A stretch of DNA of 64,000 nt from an uncultured Verrucomicrobiae bacterium (GCA_963706955.1 CAVPOC010000008.1:864001-928000); one strand, 5' to 3'; positions 10,719-21,617 are shown, counted from the stretch's first letter. Translations and numbers: made by a program. Notes: generated from the sequence alone by a model not told the origin.

Positions 10719-13166
10719 ATGGAGCCCCTCATTGTTGCTGAAAATCTTCGAAAAGCGTACGGGCCGACGGTTGCGGTCAATTCCGTTTCACTTTCGATAG
10801 GGCATAGTGCGATCACCGCGCTACTTGGGGGAAATGGCGCAGGGAAGAGCTCCCTCATCCGCCTCTTGAGCGGAGCCGCCCAACCCGATGAAGGAAAACT
10901 CCTCATCGACTCTCGTGAAATTAGTCTTGCGGAATTTTCGGTTCCTAAGGCTAAAGAGATCGGCCTACGGGTCGTTCACCAGGAACTTTCCGTCTGTACG
11001 AACTTGAACGTCGCCGAGAATTTCTTCCTGGAGCTAAGCCAACTCGTTGGGAAAGGTTCCTCTTGGCGACGCACCGCCGGCAAGCTCGCGGAAGATACGC
11101 TCGCGACGATTTTTCCGGGAAACCGGATTCGCGCCACGTCCAATGTCGGATCGCTCAGCATCGCTGAACAGCAAATGGTGGAGATCGCGCGAGCCGCCGC
11201 CGATCCTGACCTCAAGGTCTTCATCCTGGACGAGCCTACCTCTTCAATCGACGCCACCGGCGCTCAGCAATTGATGGAATACCTCCGCCGACGTGCCCAG
11301 GAAGGGCTGTGCGTCGTGTTTATCGGGCATAAGCTCGGCGAAATTCTTGATCTAGCTGAGGATTTCCTCGTCATGCGCGACGGTCGATTGGTCTGGTCCG
11401 GAGAGCGTGCGCAAACCGATCATGAGAGCTTGGTGGCGCTGCTTTCTGCCCAGACTCCTGTTGCAGAATTTGGGACCTCCAAAGTGCGCGAAGAGTTAGC
11501 TAACTCCGCTCATCGTCCAGTGCTCTCAACCGGACTGTCCCTGGTTGAGATCAGTGGGAAACGCAGAGAGAACGCCGCCGATGGGCCGATCAAATTGTTC
11601 GCCGGAGAGATTGTTGGCTTAGCAGGCTTGGAAGGCAGTGGGCAGCAGTCATTGCTGGTCGATATTTATGCCGCCTCCGGCCGAGGGAAGGGTGGGGTCA
11701 TTCGAACGAGCAAGGTGGCATACGTGGCGGGCGATCGCCGAAAGGAGGGAGTCTTTCCGCTCTGGGCGACCCTGCAAAACATGACCGTCTCGCGTCATGC
11801 ACGCAGAGGGAAACTCAAACCGGTCTCAAGCGAGGAGGAAAAGCTATGGACTGAACCCTGGCGGAAGCGGTTCAACTTGAGCGCCACCGCAGCGGAGCGG
11901 CCCATCCTGCAGCTGAGTGGCGGCAACCAACAGAAGGCGCTCATGAGCCGGGCCATGATCGACGACGCAGACATTATCCTGCTCAATGATCCGACACGCG
12001 GCGTAGACATCGGTGTAAAGCGAGAATTTTACCACGTTCTCCTGGATGTCGCTGCCGCAGGGAAATTGGTCGTCTGGTACAGCTCCGAGGATGCGGAATT
12101 CTTGGAATGTTCGCGGGTCCTGGTTTTTCGGCGCGGGTCGATCGCGACGGAGATCTCCGGGCAAGATGCTAGTCGGGAAAATCTGTCGGCAGCCTTCTTT
12201 TCGGCTTCGGAGAGGAAGGGGGCTCCCCTGCACACTGCCAAAGCGCAACGCGGCGCGAAAAGTCTTCCGGGGTGGCTGGTCCCGCTTGCCGTCCTGGTTG
12301 TGATGCTCACGGCCATCGGCCTCTTCAACCCGAAAGCCCTTTCCCCATTTGGACTTAGTCTTCTTCTGGGAACAGCAATGCCCTTGGTTCTCGTCGCCTA
12401 CGGTCAGATGTTTGTCGTAGGACGTAGCGAGATTGACCTCGGGATAGGTGCCTTCGCGGGACTGACGAACGTCATTAGTGCGACTTTGCTTGTGGAGAAG
12501 CCTCTTCTGGGAGTCGCTGGTCTGGCGGCCGGACTGGCGGGTTATGGTTTGCTGGGCTGGGTCATCCATGTCCGCAAAATTCCGGCGCTGGTCGCGACGC
12601 TGGGAAGTGCTTTTGTTTGGACCGGGCTCGGCTACGTGCTTCAGCCGGCCCCTGGCGGCAGTTCACCGGAATGGCTGTCAGCGATCTTTAACCTCTCTAT
12701 TCCGATCTTGCCTCTTCCCATTTGGATCCTCCTCATCACTTCGGTCGTTGCGGTCTTGCTCACGCGATCGCGCTTGGGGATCGTCCAACGCGGATTTGGA
12801 AATAATGAGCCGGCCATGCGCGCACTCGGATGGCCAGCTGCAAGATCTCATGTCACGACGTATCTCCTGAGCGGAATCTTCGGGCTTACTGCCGGCCTCT
12901 GCCTCACGGGCGTGAACACCGCCTCGGATATCAATGCGGCGAGCTCCTATACGTTGCTGAGTATTGCGGCGGTGGTCATGGCCGGCTGCGACTTGGTCGG
13001 CGGTCGAATTGAACCCGTCGGCGTGCTCTTTGCCGCGGTGACCCTATCGCTTTTGGGAACCCTGCTTGGCTTCATGCGCCTTAGTTCTGATATCATCGCA
13101 GCCGTCCAGGGCTTCATACTTATTGGAATTGTCGTCTCGCGAACGATCTGGACAAAGCGTCGATGA
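10719..13166 (+). CDS. Fused sugar ABC ATPase (2 NBD) + permease
   Basis: GGNGAGKSS, ILDEPT, LSGGNQQK, LLNDPTRG, followed in frame by a TM domain with EIDLGIG, PALVATLG, IAAVVMAG. Confidence 0.88.
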   Translation: MEPLIVAENLRKAYGPTVAVNSVSLSIGHSAITALLGGNGAGKSSLIRLLSGAAQPDEGKLLIDSREISLAEFSVPKAKEIGLRVVHQELSVCTNLNVAENFFLELSQLVGKGSSWRRTAGKLAEDTLATIFPGNRIRATSNVGSLSIAEQQMVEIARAAADPDLKVFILDEPTSSIDATGAQQLMEYLRRRAQEGLCVVFIGHKLGEILDLAEDFLVMRDGRLVWSGERAQTDHESLVALLSAQTPVAEFGTSKVREELANSAHRPVLSTGLSLVEISGKRRENAADGPIKLFAGEIVGLAGLEGSGQQSLLVDIYAASGRGKGGVIRTSKVAYVAGDRRKEGVFPLWATLQNMTVSRHARRGKLKPVSSEEEKLWTEPWRKRFNLSATAAERPILQLSGGNQQKALMSRAMIDDADIILLNDPTRGVDIGVKREFYHVLLDVAAAGKLVVWYSSEDAEFLECSRVLVFRRGSIATEISGQDASRENLSAAFFSASERKGAPLHTAKAQRGAKSLPGWLVPLAVLVVMLTAIGLFNPKALSPFGLSLLLGTAMPLVLVAYGQMFVVGRSEIDLGIGAFAGLTNVISATLLVEKPLLGVAGLAAGLAGYGLLGWVIHVRKIPALVATLGSAFVWTGLGYVLQPAPGGSSPEWLSAIFNLSIPILPLPIWILLITSVVAVLLTRSRLGIVQRGFGNNEPAMRALGWPAARSHVTTYLLSGIFGLTAGLCLTGVNTASDINAASSYTLLSIAAVVMAGCDLVGGRIEPVGVLFAAVTLSLLGTLLGFMRLSSDIIAAVQGFILIGIVVSRTIWTKRR

Positions 13167-14131
13167 AAACCCTTCTTCAGAAGCCGTGGATCTGGGCACT
13201 TTTCGGAATCCTGGCGCTGTGGATTCTCCTAAGCATCGGAGCAGGCCGGGTGAACCTGGGCAATCTCACCGGCATCCTCGCTGCCGCGGCCTTGCTTTGC
13301 GTCGTTGCTATTGGGCAAACATTTGTCGTCACGACGGGAAATGGCGCGGTCGACTTGTCAATTCCAAGCGTAATGACCCTTTCGGGATTTGTTGCCACCA
13401 GTGTGACTAACGGTCAGGACGCGCGGTTGCCTCTTGGAATATTGGCTATTGCCGCCCTTGGCATAGGCGTCGGCTGGATCAATGCGTTAATCGTAAATCG
13501 CCTGCGTATTCCCCCAATTATTGCCACGCTGGCCGTCGGATATATTCTGGTCACTGCGACGCTCATATATAATCGGGGCTTCACCACATATGCGGTGAGT
13601 CCTTTGCTAGCATACATTGCCAGTGGGCGCGTAATAGGGATACCGATTATTCTTCTGCTGGCGATTGCCTTAACCGCGGCAGCATCATGGTTTATGCACG
13701 GCACGGTTTACGGGCGCCAACTCTCCGCCGTCGGGCAAAATTCACGTGCTGCCTATTTCGCGGGAATAAAAGTCGAGCAAACCACACGCGTAGCTTACAT
13801 CTTGAGCGGCTTTCTCGCTGCTCTGGGCGGGCTGTTGCTTTCCGGACGAGTGAGCGGGGCGTTCCTCGAAATGGGCACTCCTTTTCTCCTCCAATCGGTT
13901 GGCGCTGTCGTCGTCGGAGGATCCTCGATCGTCGGCGGAATGGGAACGCCCCTCGGCACCCTCCTTGGTTCAATCTTTCTCGCGATGATTGTCACGACTA
14001 TGGCTGTCCTCCGCGTCCCGGGCGGATTCCAGGACATGATTCAAGGGATTCTCATCATCCTCGTGCTCGCCGTTGCCGCAGCTCCTAAGGCTACCTCCTC
14101 TATGACCCCTGCTAAGCAACCTGCTAACTAA
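13163..14131 (+). CDS. Sugar ABC transporter permease
   Basis: GAVDLSIP, PPIIATLAVG, SAVGQN, GAVVVGGSSIVGG; ATGA overlap with the previous gene. Confidence 0.92.
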   Translation: MKTLLQKPWIWALFGILALWILLSIGAGRVNLGNLTGILAAAALLCVVAIGQTFVVTTGNGAVDLSIPSVMTLSGFVATSVTNGQDARLPLGILAIAALGIGVGWINALIVNRLRIPPIIATLAVGYILVTATLIYNRGFTTYAVSPLLAYIASGRVIGIPIILLLAIALTAAASWFMHGTVYGRQLSAVGQNSRAAYFAGIKVEQTTRVAYILSGFLAALGGLLLSGRVSGAFLEMGTPFLLQSVGAVVVGGSSIVGGMGTPLGTLLGSIFLAMIVTTMAVLRVPGGFQDMIQGILIILVLAVAAAPKATSSMTPAKQPAN

Positions 14132-14373
14132 TATATCAGCCCCGTAGGTCCGCAGCGACGATCCCTGCCATCGTTGAATTCTGGCGCGCTTTAATCGAGG
14201 TCCTCGATCGACACGAGAGATTCGCCTTCTTACGGATCGAGTGACTCCGCTGCCACCCGTAGCGCCATCGCTCGAACGACTTTCTTACCTTGTCTGATTG
14301 CACTCTCTTGCAATCGACCCGGCTTATCAAGGCGACCGGAAATTAATATGATCATCGGTGCAAGTCGTGACCT

Positions 14374-14405
14374 AAAAGTGCTAAAATCGGATCAGATTCT
14401 TCTAG
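14374..14405 (+). promoter_or_regulatory. Conserved regulon motif copy 3 (aaaaGTGCTAAAatcgGATCAGATTCTTCTAG)
   Basis: Ends 62 bp upstream of ATG 14468. Confidence 0.7.
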
Positions 14406-14467
14406 GCATCGATAGGCCTCGAAGATAGTTTTGAAGCCGGTCAGCCAGGCAAATTAATTTCGAAAAA

Positions 14468-15313
14468 ATGAGCAACGCTATTAACGTAACCCTACTTGGT
14501 GCTGGAGGAAAAATGGGCGGCCGAGTGACCGCAAATCTCCGGAATCTGTCACACTATAAAGTCGCCTACGTTGAGGCGAGCCCAGAGCGCCAAAAGGAAA
14601 TGGCCGCTGGAGGCATTGACATCACGCCTGTCGACCAGGCGCTTGACACAGCGGAGGCCGTTATTCTGGCCGTGCCCGATCGACTCATCGGCAGAATCAC
14701 CCAAGAGGTCGTGCCGAAATTAAAGCCGGGCACCATCGTCGTTGGACTCGATCCGGCTGCCGCCTACGCGGGAATGATGCCTAAGCGAGAGGACATCACC
14801 TATTTTGTCGCCCATCCTTGTCATCCGCCTTTGTTTTCTGATTCTGGACCGGCTTCCCAAGACACCGATTGGTTTGGAGGAAGGGGAGCCTTGCGGCAAA
14901 GTGTCGTCTGCGCACTCCATCAAGGCCCCGAGGAGCATTATGCTATCGGTGAACAGCTCGCCGCCGATATGTTTGCGCCCATTCTTAGGCGGCACCGGGT
15001 AACTATCGAACAGATGGCGATCTTGGAACCGGCGGTAGTCGAGTCCACCTTCGCCGGCTGCATCACGGTGCTCCGGGAAGCTATGGAAACTGCCATCTCC
15101 ATGGGCGTGCCAAAGCAGGCGGCCTGGGATTTTTGCCTCGGCCACATCCGAACCGAGTTGGCGATCATCTTTGGGTTCGCTGAGTTTCCTCTTTCCGACG
15201 GAGCCATGAAGGCTATCGAGCAGAATCGGCCGCGAATCTTTCAGGACAATTGGAAAGATGTCATTACCATACCCGCCGTGCGTCAAAGCGTTCGCGATAT
15301 CTGTACGGAATGA
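14468..15313 (+). CDS. apnO: Probable D-apionate oxidoisomerase
   Basis: GAGGKMG, LAVPD, LDPAAAYAG, HPCHPPLF, QMAILEP, FCLGH, SDGA motifs; ~280 aa; apiose-pathway context. Confidence 0.8.
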   Translation: MSNAINVTLLGAGGKMGGRVTANLRNLSHYKVAYVEASPERQKEMAAGGIDITPVDQALDTAEAVILAVPDRLIGRITQEVVPKLKPGTIVVGLDPAAAYAGMMPKREDITYFVAHPCHPPLFSDSGPASQDTDWFGGRGALRQSVVCALHQGPEEHYAIGEQLAADMFAPILRRHRVTIEQMAILEPAVVESTFAGCITVLREAMETAISMGVPKQAAWDFCLGHIRTELAIIFGFAEFPLSDGAMKAIEQNRPRIFQDNWKDVITIPAVRQSVRDICTE

Positions 15314-15381
15314 CTCTTGCCGATCGGCGGAATTCGGAACCGACGTGCAAAGCTACCCTGAGGACGAATAGCTAAGAGACC

Positions 15382-16221
15382 ATGAGTGATCGAACATTAG
15401 GCAAGATCGGGGTTGGTTCTTGGACGTTTCCTTGGGCGACTGGAACCGTCCAAGATCAGCGGCCGACGTCAATTCTGGATCCGGTTGGCGTCGTCGAGCG
15501 AACGATCGATATCGGGGTTCACGTTGTCCATTTCTTGGATAATCTTCCCTTAGACTCTTTCGATAATCAGATGCTCGAGCGAGCCCGAGACTTGGCTCGG
15601 GAACATAACGTTGAAGTGGAAGTTGGCACGCGCGGAACGGAGCCGGAGCATCTCCGAAAATACCTTAGTATCGCGAAACGAATGGGCGCCCGCTTACTTC
15701 GCACCATGGGCGGCTGGCATAAGGCCCCCGCTCCACTGGATCAGATAAAGGCTAACTTTCGCCAGGTTCTGCCGGAGTTTGCTGACGCAGGTGTGCGTAT
15801 TGCGTTGGAGAATTACGAGGCCTACAGCACCTCTGATATTGCTGCGGTCGTCCGCGAGATTGACAACGCTTCCCTTGGGGTTTGTCTCGATTTGACGAAT
15901 TCGTTTGCCGCGATGGAGAGTGCAGATGAAATCCTGGAGAACCTGGCCCCCTTCACGATCAGTGTTCATCTCAAGGAGTTCACCGTGGAACGGCTTGAGT
16001 TTCTCATGGGTTTCGCATTTCGTGGGAAGCCAACAGGTCAGGGAGTGCTTCCTCTTACGAAGATATTCGACACCCTTTTAGCGAATTCACGAAAAGCTAA
16101 TGTCATCGTAGAGCAATGGCCTCCTTTCCATGAGACTCTCGAGCAGACGATGGAAATGGAATTCGACTGGGCCCGGCAGGGTGTTGAACACCTTGCCGCG
16201 ATGGGCTACTTAACGAAATAG
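15382..16221 (+). CDS. oiaC: Xylose-isomerase-like TIM barrel, probable 3-oxo-isoapionate decarboxylase
   Basis: EVGTRG, IALENYE, GVCLDLTN, SVHLKEF, GQG, IVEQW (metal-binding TIM barrel). Immediately follows apnO. Confidence 0.6.
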   Translation: MSDRTLGKIGVGSWTFPWATGTVQDQRPTSILDPVGVVERTIDIGVHVVHFLDNLPLDSFDNQMLERARDLAREHNVEVEVGTRGTEPEHLRKYLSIAKRMGARLLRTMGGWHKAPAPLDQIKANFRQVLPEFADAGVRIALENYEAYSTSDIAAVVREIDNASLGVCLDLTNSFAAMESADEILENLAPFTISVHLKEFTVERLEFLMGFAFRGKPTGQGVLPLTKIFDTLLANSRKANVIVEQWPPFHETLEQTMEMEFDWARQGVEHLAAMGYLTK

Positions 16222-16240
16222 CGGCGAGGGCGTCCTATCT

Positions 16241-16303
16241 TGTAGCGGCGCTGTCCCCACGCGCCGAAAGGCCTAGCTCGGCGGTGGGGACACCGCCGCT
16301 ACA
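16241..16303. repeat. REP-like palindromic element, TGTAG...CTACA family
   Basis: TGTAGCGGCGCTGTCCCCACGCGCCG...CGGCGGTGGGGACACCGCCGCTACA. Confidence 0.85.
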
Positions 16304-16434
16304 TCGCAGGTCGGGGGGATTCGTGGTGCGGGAGGCGATTCAGCGGCCGGCTACATCGAACTGCCAACGTTTCGGAAATGATTTTCAAGAATCGCTCTTA
16401 GCGATTACAAGAAGCCTTCAAGTTCCTCCCAACA

Positions 16435-18310
16435 ATGCCAGACGAACCGACCCCCGAGATCATTCCCCTGCAGACGCGGAAATTCAGCTGTTTCTTCCAG
16501 ACCAGCACCGGTTTCTTGCGCCGCGTCAGGTCATCAGGAGTCGAGGTGATTCGAGCCATCTATGGCACGGTTCGCGACAAAAACTGGGATACTGTCGAAC
16601 CGCGCTTGGAGATTGAGCGAATCGAGCAAGGGCAAGACTCGTTCTCCTTGTATTTTAGCGCACATCACGAGAGCGAGGCGATCTCCTTCTCATGGAAAGG
16701 CACGGTCGAAGGGCGTGGCGGCGTGTTGGAGTTTACTTTCGATGGGAGCGCCAAGAAAGCGTTCCTCCGGAACAGGATCGGCATCTGCGTGCTGCATCCG
16801 ATCATTGAATGCGCCGGAAAGGCTTGCCGTGTGCGGCATTCCGACGGCGCGTGGAAAGAGCAGTCGTTCCCGCGGTTTATTTCGCCGCATCAGCCGCTTA
16901 AGGACATTCGAGCCCTCTCGTGGTCCCCCTCAGATCGGGTCCAGGCAAACATCGAACTGGAAGGTGAGGTCTTCGAAATGGAAGACCAACGCAATTGGAC
17001 CGACGCTTCCTTCAAGACGTATAGCACTCCCCTTGAACTCCCGTTCCCCGTCCAGGTTGGTCCTGGCGAACAGATCCGTCAGCGCTTCGTTCTCAGCCTC
17101 GTCGTCGAACACGGGACAATTCCTGCTCCAGACGAGTCACCGGCCAAGATCATCATCTCAGCTGGTTCGACGACTAAACAAGTCCCAAAGATCGGCTTGG
17201 CCGCGGCCTCGAAGGCATGGCCCCACTCTTCGTTCGATCGAGAGCGTCTGGCGCGTCTTCGCTTGAACCATCTGCGAGTGGATGTCCGCTTCTCGGATGC
17301 GAACTGGAAAACTCTTCTTCATCAAGCTCAAGAGGACGCCGTGGCCATCAGCAGTCGCTTACAGTGTGCGCTCTTTCTCACTGACGCGGCCGAGCAAAAC
17401 CTTCTCGATTTTCGCGGGACGATTAGACCTGATTTCGTTGACATCTGCCTAATCTTTCATGAGGGCGAAAAATCCACCGCATCTCAATGGTTCGAGCTAG
17501 CTGAGCGCCACCTGGGCCAGCATGGTTTTCGATTAGCTACCGGAACCAACGCCTACTTCGCGGAGTTAAATCGGCAACGGCCACCCCGACGAGCTCAGCG
17601 TGTGTTACTCGATCAACCCGCAAGTCCACACATTCGATGATTTAAGTCTTCTGGAAACTCTGGAAGCGCAACCCTTCACCGTTGAAAGCGCCGCCCAATT
17701 TTGTGACGGCGCGCTCATCATCTCCCCGATCACCCTCCGTCCTCGGTTCAATCCCAACGCAACTGATCCCAAACAACAACAAGAGCTACCCTCGACGGCG
17801 ACCGCCGACCCCAGGCAACAAACATCCTTCTGCGCCGCGTGGACCGTGGGAACCCTCGCGCAGCTCATGTCGCTGGATCGTATTGAAAGCCTGACGTTTT
17901 ATGAAACGACCGGCCCGGGTGGGATCATGAATTCCCGACCACATTCGTCAGCGGCCGAAACAACAGAGAAAGGCACCGAAAATATTTTCCCGGTCTACAC
18001 CGTTTTCGAAGCGATCGCGGGAATTCGCAACGTGCTCTCTGTGTCCGTCTCAAGCCACGCGCTCGTAACCGCTTTCGCTTTTCAGGATGAACAAGGGCAA
18101 TCAATCGCGCTGATTGCCAATCCCACAGCTGAGCCAAAGCCAATTACTCTGCACGTCGTTGATTCTGAGTTGGACATCTTGAAGGTGGATGAAATGGATG
18201 TCGCGCGCACCATCCAGGCAGGCCTTACGGTCACTGAGGTGGGGTCGACTCGCGGCCAAGTGAAACTCGAGTTGGCTCCTCATGTCCTCCTTAAGCTTCA
18301 GTTTGGATGA
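16435..18310 (+). CDS. apnL: Probable D-apionate lactonase; frameshift near 17595
   Basis: VRDKNWDT, NRIGICVLHP, ISPHQP, FEMEDQRNWTDASFKTY and GTNAYFAELNR in ORF 16435-17640. YSINPQVHTFDD, SPITLRPR, DPRQ and YETTG continue in ORF 17600-18310. Combined length ~620 aa. Confidence 0.78.
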
Positions 18311-19264
18311 CCAAAGGCGTTCGAGACACGACGCTGCGAGAAGTCGCGGACAGGCTGAACTTCGAGCCACATCGCCTCCGCCTCGATCAAAGTGGTCGCT
18401 ACGACGAAACGCTAGATCAGGAATTCCCTTTTCTGATCAAGCTGTTTCGATTCTCTCACAACGACTTCACGCCCATTCATAGCTGGCACGAGAGACTTGA
18501 GCTGTTTATGCCGCTGGATGGAAGCGTGTCCATGCTGATGGGTGAGCGCCGCGTCGACATCGGTCCGGGAGAACTCCTGATTGTCGAAAACATGAAATTG
18601 CACAGGATACTGGATATCCCGGGGCTGAACACTCGGGTCGTGGTCATCAGTTTCATGTCTAACTTTGTTTACAGCCTGGGATCTCCTTCGCACGATTATT
18701 TCTTTCTCCTGCCGTTTTATACTAATGTTGGGAATCGACTCCACATCGTTCGTGATAAGACGTTGCTAAGCTGAGATCCACCGCATCGGCACACACCTAC
18801 TTAAGTGCTACTTCGATCGAACGACCTACTTTCAAATCGGCTGTAAGGCTTATTTTCTTGAGTTGCTCTATATTCTCGCGGAGTTTTTTCACGCCGCCGA
18901 TTTTCGATACTCGGAGCTGATTCGGCAGCAAGAACGGTCAGCTAAGCTCAAGCCGGTCCTCGAGTTCGTAGACCAACATTTCGCTGAGAAGATCGGACTT
19001 AAGGAGGCGGCCGCCTTGGCCAAGATGAGCGTCCCACAATTTATTAAGTTGTTCAAAAAGGTAGCCGGAACCACGTTTGTCAGCTACGTGACGCACGTTC
19101 GACTTTCCCGCGCGGTGCGTCTGCTCAAGGGCAGCTCGCTGACCATCGCTGAAGTGGCCAGCGAAGTGGGCTTTACCGACCAAAGCTACTTCGATCGTCG
19201 CTTCAAAAAGGCGTTTCAGCGGACGCCTCGGGATTTTCGACCGAAAGAGTCGGCTCAGTCGTAG
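18307..19264 (+). CDS. AraC-family transcriptional regulator (cupin + double HTH); frameshift near 18769
   Basis: Cupin HSWHERLELF...GELLIVENMKLH. Shifted frame reads AEIHRIGTHLLKCYF...LELLYIL into HTH ORF 18863-19264 (IAEVASEVGFTDQSYFDRRFKK...TP). Confidence 0.88.
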
Positions 19265-19419
19265 CGAACGGCGAGAAATCATCGCCGAGCGTGGCGTCAG
19301 GTGTGCAGCTCAGATCTGGGCGGACCACCGATGTCGCCTTCAAGCGTCAGCTCACGAGGGCCAATTCGTGCTAAAATAATTACCGCAGGTGTTGTAGATC
19401 CGAAAAACATCCGGAGGCC

Positions 19420-19458
19420 TTATAACTCATTTATCACTTCTATATCAGGTATTTATCA
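19420..19458. promoter_or_regulatory. Four WTATMA boxes at exact 11-bp period
   Basis: TTATAA 19420, TTATCA 19431, ATATCA 19442, TTATCA 19453 in an AT-rich intergenic patch. Confidence 0.35.
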
Positions 19459-19519
19459 ATAGACGCCGCGGGTCCGGATTGCAGAGAACCGTGATTTGCT
19501 GACAGGCAGGCTAGGTGAA

Positions 19520-19551
19520 TATCGTCCAAAAAATACATGCGATCCTTCTAG
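19520..19551 (+). promoter_or_regulatory. Conserved regulon motif copy 4 (tatcGTCCAAAAaataCATGCGATCCTTCTAG)
   Basis: Same spacing as the other copies; upstream of the araC remnant and the MFS gene. Confidence 0.6.
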
Positions 19552-19864
19552 GCCCCGGATGAGGTCCAGCTACCGTGTGCGCCACCAAATAATGAACTTT
19601 CAAGATGTTTCCCCCGACACCTTCACGAACGGCCACCACGGCGGCATTTTCTCCGCGGCAACAACGGCTACGGCGGTTAAACCTTGCCGAAACACGAAGG
19701 CCGCCTCTCTTCCTCCGAGCCGGCCTAGTCAGGCAGATCTACTCCTTGAGATAGCCCAGGAGCTGACATTCGCCAGACCACACGGACAAGAGCCTCCAGC
19801 CGAACCCCGACTCTCCAGCGGCGGGAGTTCCCATTTCAGACACCAGGTAACACTGAACCAACCG

Positions 19865-20217
19865 GGCAATTATCTGAGCCCATCCCGCTCAAGGAAGCAG
19901 CTTGTCTAGCCAATATGAGTGTCCCTCAATTCGTCAGGTCTTCAAGAATAGCGTGGAACTTCATGTTCGCCTCTCGTGCGGTCCGTCTCTTGAAAGAAAC
20001 CTGCCTGACGATTGCGCAAATTGCCTGCGAGGTGGGATTCTCCGATCAGAGCTATTTCGATCGCCGATTTAAGAGCGCTTTCGGTCATACTCCGCGCGAC
20101 TTTCGACGAAACTTCGGGAGCTCAAGAGTGAATGGAAAAGATCGACGATCCTTGGCCGAAAGCTACAATCTTCAGGACTTAGGAATTCGAAGAGCAATTC
20201 CTTCGCACAGCATCTAG
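19865..20217 (+). pseudogene. Degenerate C-terminal paralog of the AraC regulator
   Basis: LKEAACLANMSVPQF...SRAVRLLKETCLTIAQIACEVGFSDQSYFDRRFKSAFGHTPRDFR parallels 18863-19264, but with an internal deletion and no recognisable sensor domain. Confidence 0.7.
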
Positions 20218-20285
20218 ATGACCGGATCAGGCACCATGAAGCCAATCGCAGCGTCACGTCTCAACAATCACACGGCCGCGATCAC

Positions 20286-21617
20286 ATGCCCGTGAATTCC
20301 ATCGAACAGTCTGCGGTAACCAAGTTCGCCATCAGGCTCGTCCCGTTTCTGGCCTTGATGTTCTTCATCAACTATCTCGATCGGACGGCAATTTCCTTTG
20401 CGGGCCCAAACGGAATGAATCAGGACCTTGGACTGTCAGCCGCGCAATTTGGATTTGCCTCCGGAATTTTTTTCATCGGCTACATAATCCTGGAGGTGCC
20501 AAGTAATCTGGCGCTGCACAGATTTGGCGCACGCATTTGGCTTGCCCGAATTATGGTCACGTGGGGGATTGTTGCGCTGCTCTTTACCTGGGTCTCGTCT
20601 GCGACAAATCTTTACATTCTTCGCTTCCTTCTTGGAGTAGCCGAGGCGGGATTTTTCCCGGGAGCGATTTTGTTCCTGAGCATGTGGGTCCCGGCGAGCC
20701 ATCGCAGCAAAATTCTTTCCCTCTTTTATTTGGCGCAACCACTGACCACAGTGATTGGCGCGCCGTTGGCAGGAGCGCTTATCGCTCAGCATGGAATATT
20801 TGGTCTGGAGGGCTGGAGAATTATGTTCATGGGGGTAGCGATTCCCGCCATCGTGGTCGGCATCATCGCATGGTTCTACCTGTCGGATCGACCGTCGCAG
20901 GCCAAGTGGCTCACTGACGAGGAAAAGAAGGTGCTGACGGACAAGTTAGAGCTCGAAGCGAAGGGCAAGGACATCCTGCACCATGCCAGCATTCGGACAG
21001 TGCTCTTTAACGGCCGAGTATGGGCGCTCGCCTTAATTTACTTTGGATTTGTTTACGGCCTCTACGCCCTGGCGTTCTTTCTTCCGACTATCATTGCCGG
21101 ATTCGAGGCACAGTATGGCACTAAGTTCAACGTCTATCAGAAGGGCCTGATTACCGCGGTCCCGTACTTGCCTGCGGCTATTGTCCTCTACCTGTGGTCA
21201 AGAGACGCCACCAAACGCGGCGTCAGGACCTGGCATATTGCAGTTCCAGCTGTTGTCGGCGCAATAAGCATCCCACTGGCATTGTTTATGGGTTCGCCAA
21301 CAGCCACGATTGCTGTGATTACCATAACCGCGTGCTCGATATTTGCGGCGCTGCCGAATTTCTGGACACTCCCATCAAGGTTCCTTACGGGCGCAGCGGC
21401 CGCCGCGGGTATCGCCTTGATCAACACGGTCGGCAACATCGCCGGATTTGCTGCTGGCTACATCACCGGAGCCCTTAAAGATCTCAGCGGCGGCTATATA
21501 ATCCCTATGTTTTGCGTTGGTGCTTTGATGTTGCTCTCCGCCATTCTCATGGTCGCGGTCAGCATGAAGGCCAAACCTGCAGGCGATCAGGCTGAACTCT
21601 CTGTCCACGATGTCTGA
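20286..21617 (+). CDS. MFS transporter, anion:cation symporter (sugar-acid/tartrate type)
   Basis: INYLDRTAI, EVPSN, GARIWLARI, RFLLGVAEAGFFPG, GWRIMF, INTVGNIAGF. Confidence 0.92.
   Translation: MPVNSIEQSAVTKFAIRLVPFLALMFFINYLDRTAISFAGPNGMNQDLGLSAAQFGFASGIFFIGYIILEVPSNLALHRFGARIWLARIMVTWGIVALLFTWVSSATNLYILRFLLGVAEAGFFPGAILFLSMWVPASHRSKILSLFYLAQPLTTVIGAPLAGALIAQHGIFGLEGWRIMFMGVAIPAIVVGIIAWFYLSDRPSQAKWLTDEEKKVLTDKLELEAKGKDILHHASIRTVLFNGRVWALALIYFGFVYGLYALAFFLPTIIAGFEAQYGTKFNVYQKGLITAVPYLPAAIVLYLWSRDATKRGVRTWHIAVPAVVGAISIPLALFMGSPTATIAVITITACSIFAALPNFWTLPSRFLTGAAAAAGIALINTVGNIAGFAAGYITGALKDLSGGYIIPMFCVGALMLLSAILMVAVSMKAKPAGDQAELSVHDV

Noticed and set aside
16435..19264. Programmed frameshifting or true gene splits in apnL and araC
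   Set aside because: No convincing slippery heptamer was seen, and the same indel pattern occurs in many unrelated genes.
19368..19397. Additional regulon motif copies at 19368 and 9535-9550
   Set aside because: Only partial matches with spacing off by 1-2 bp; not counted.
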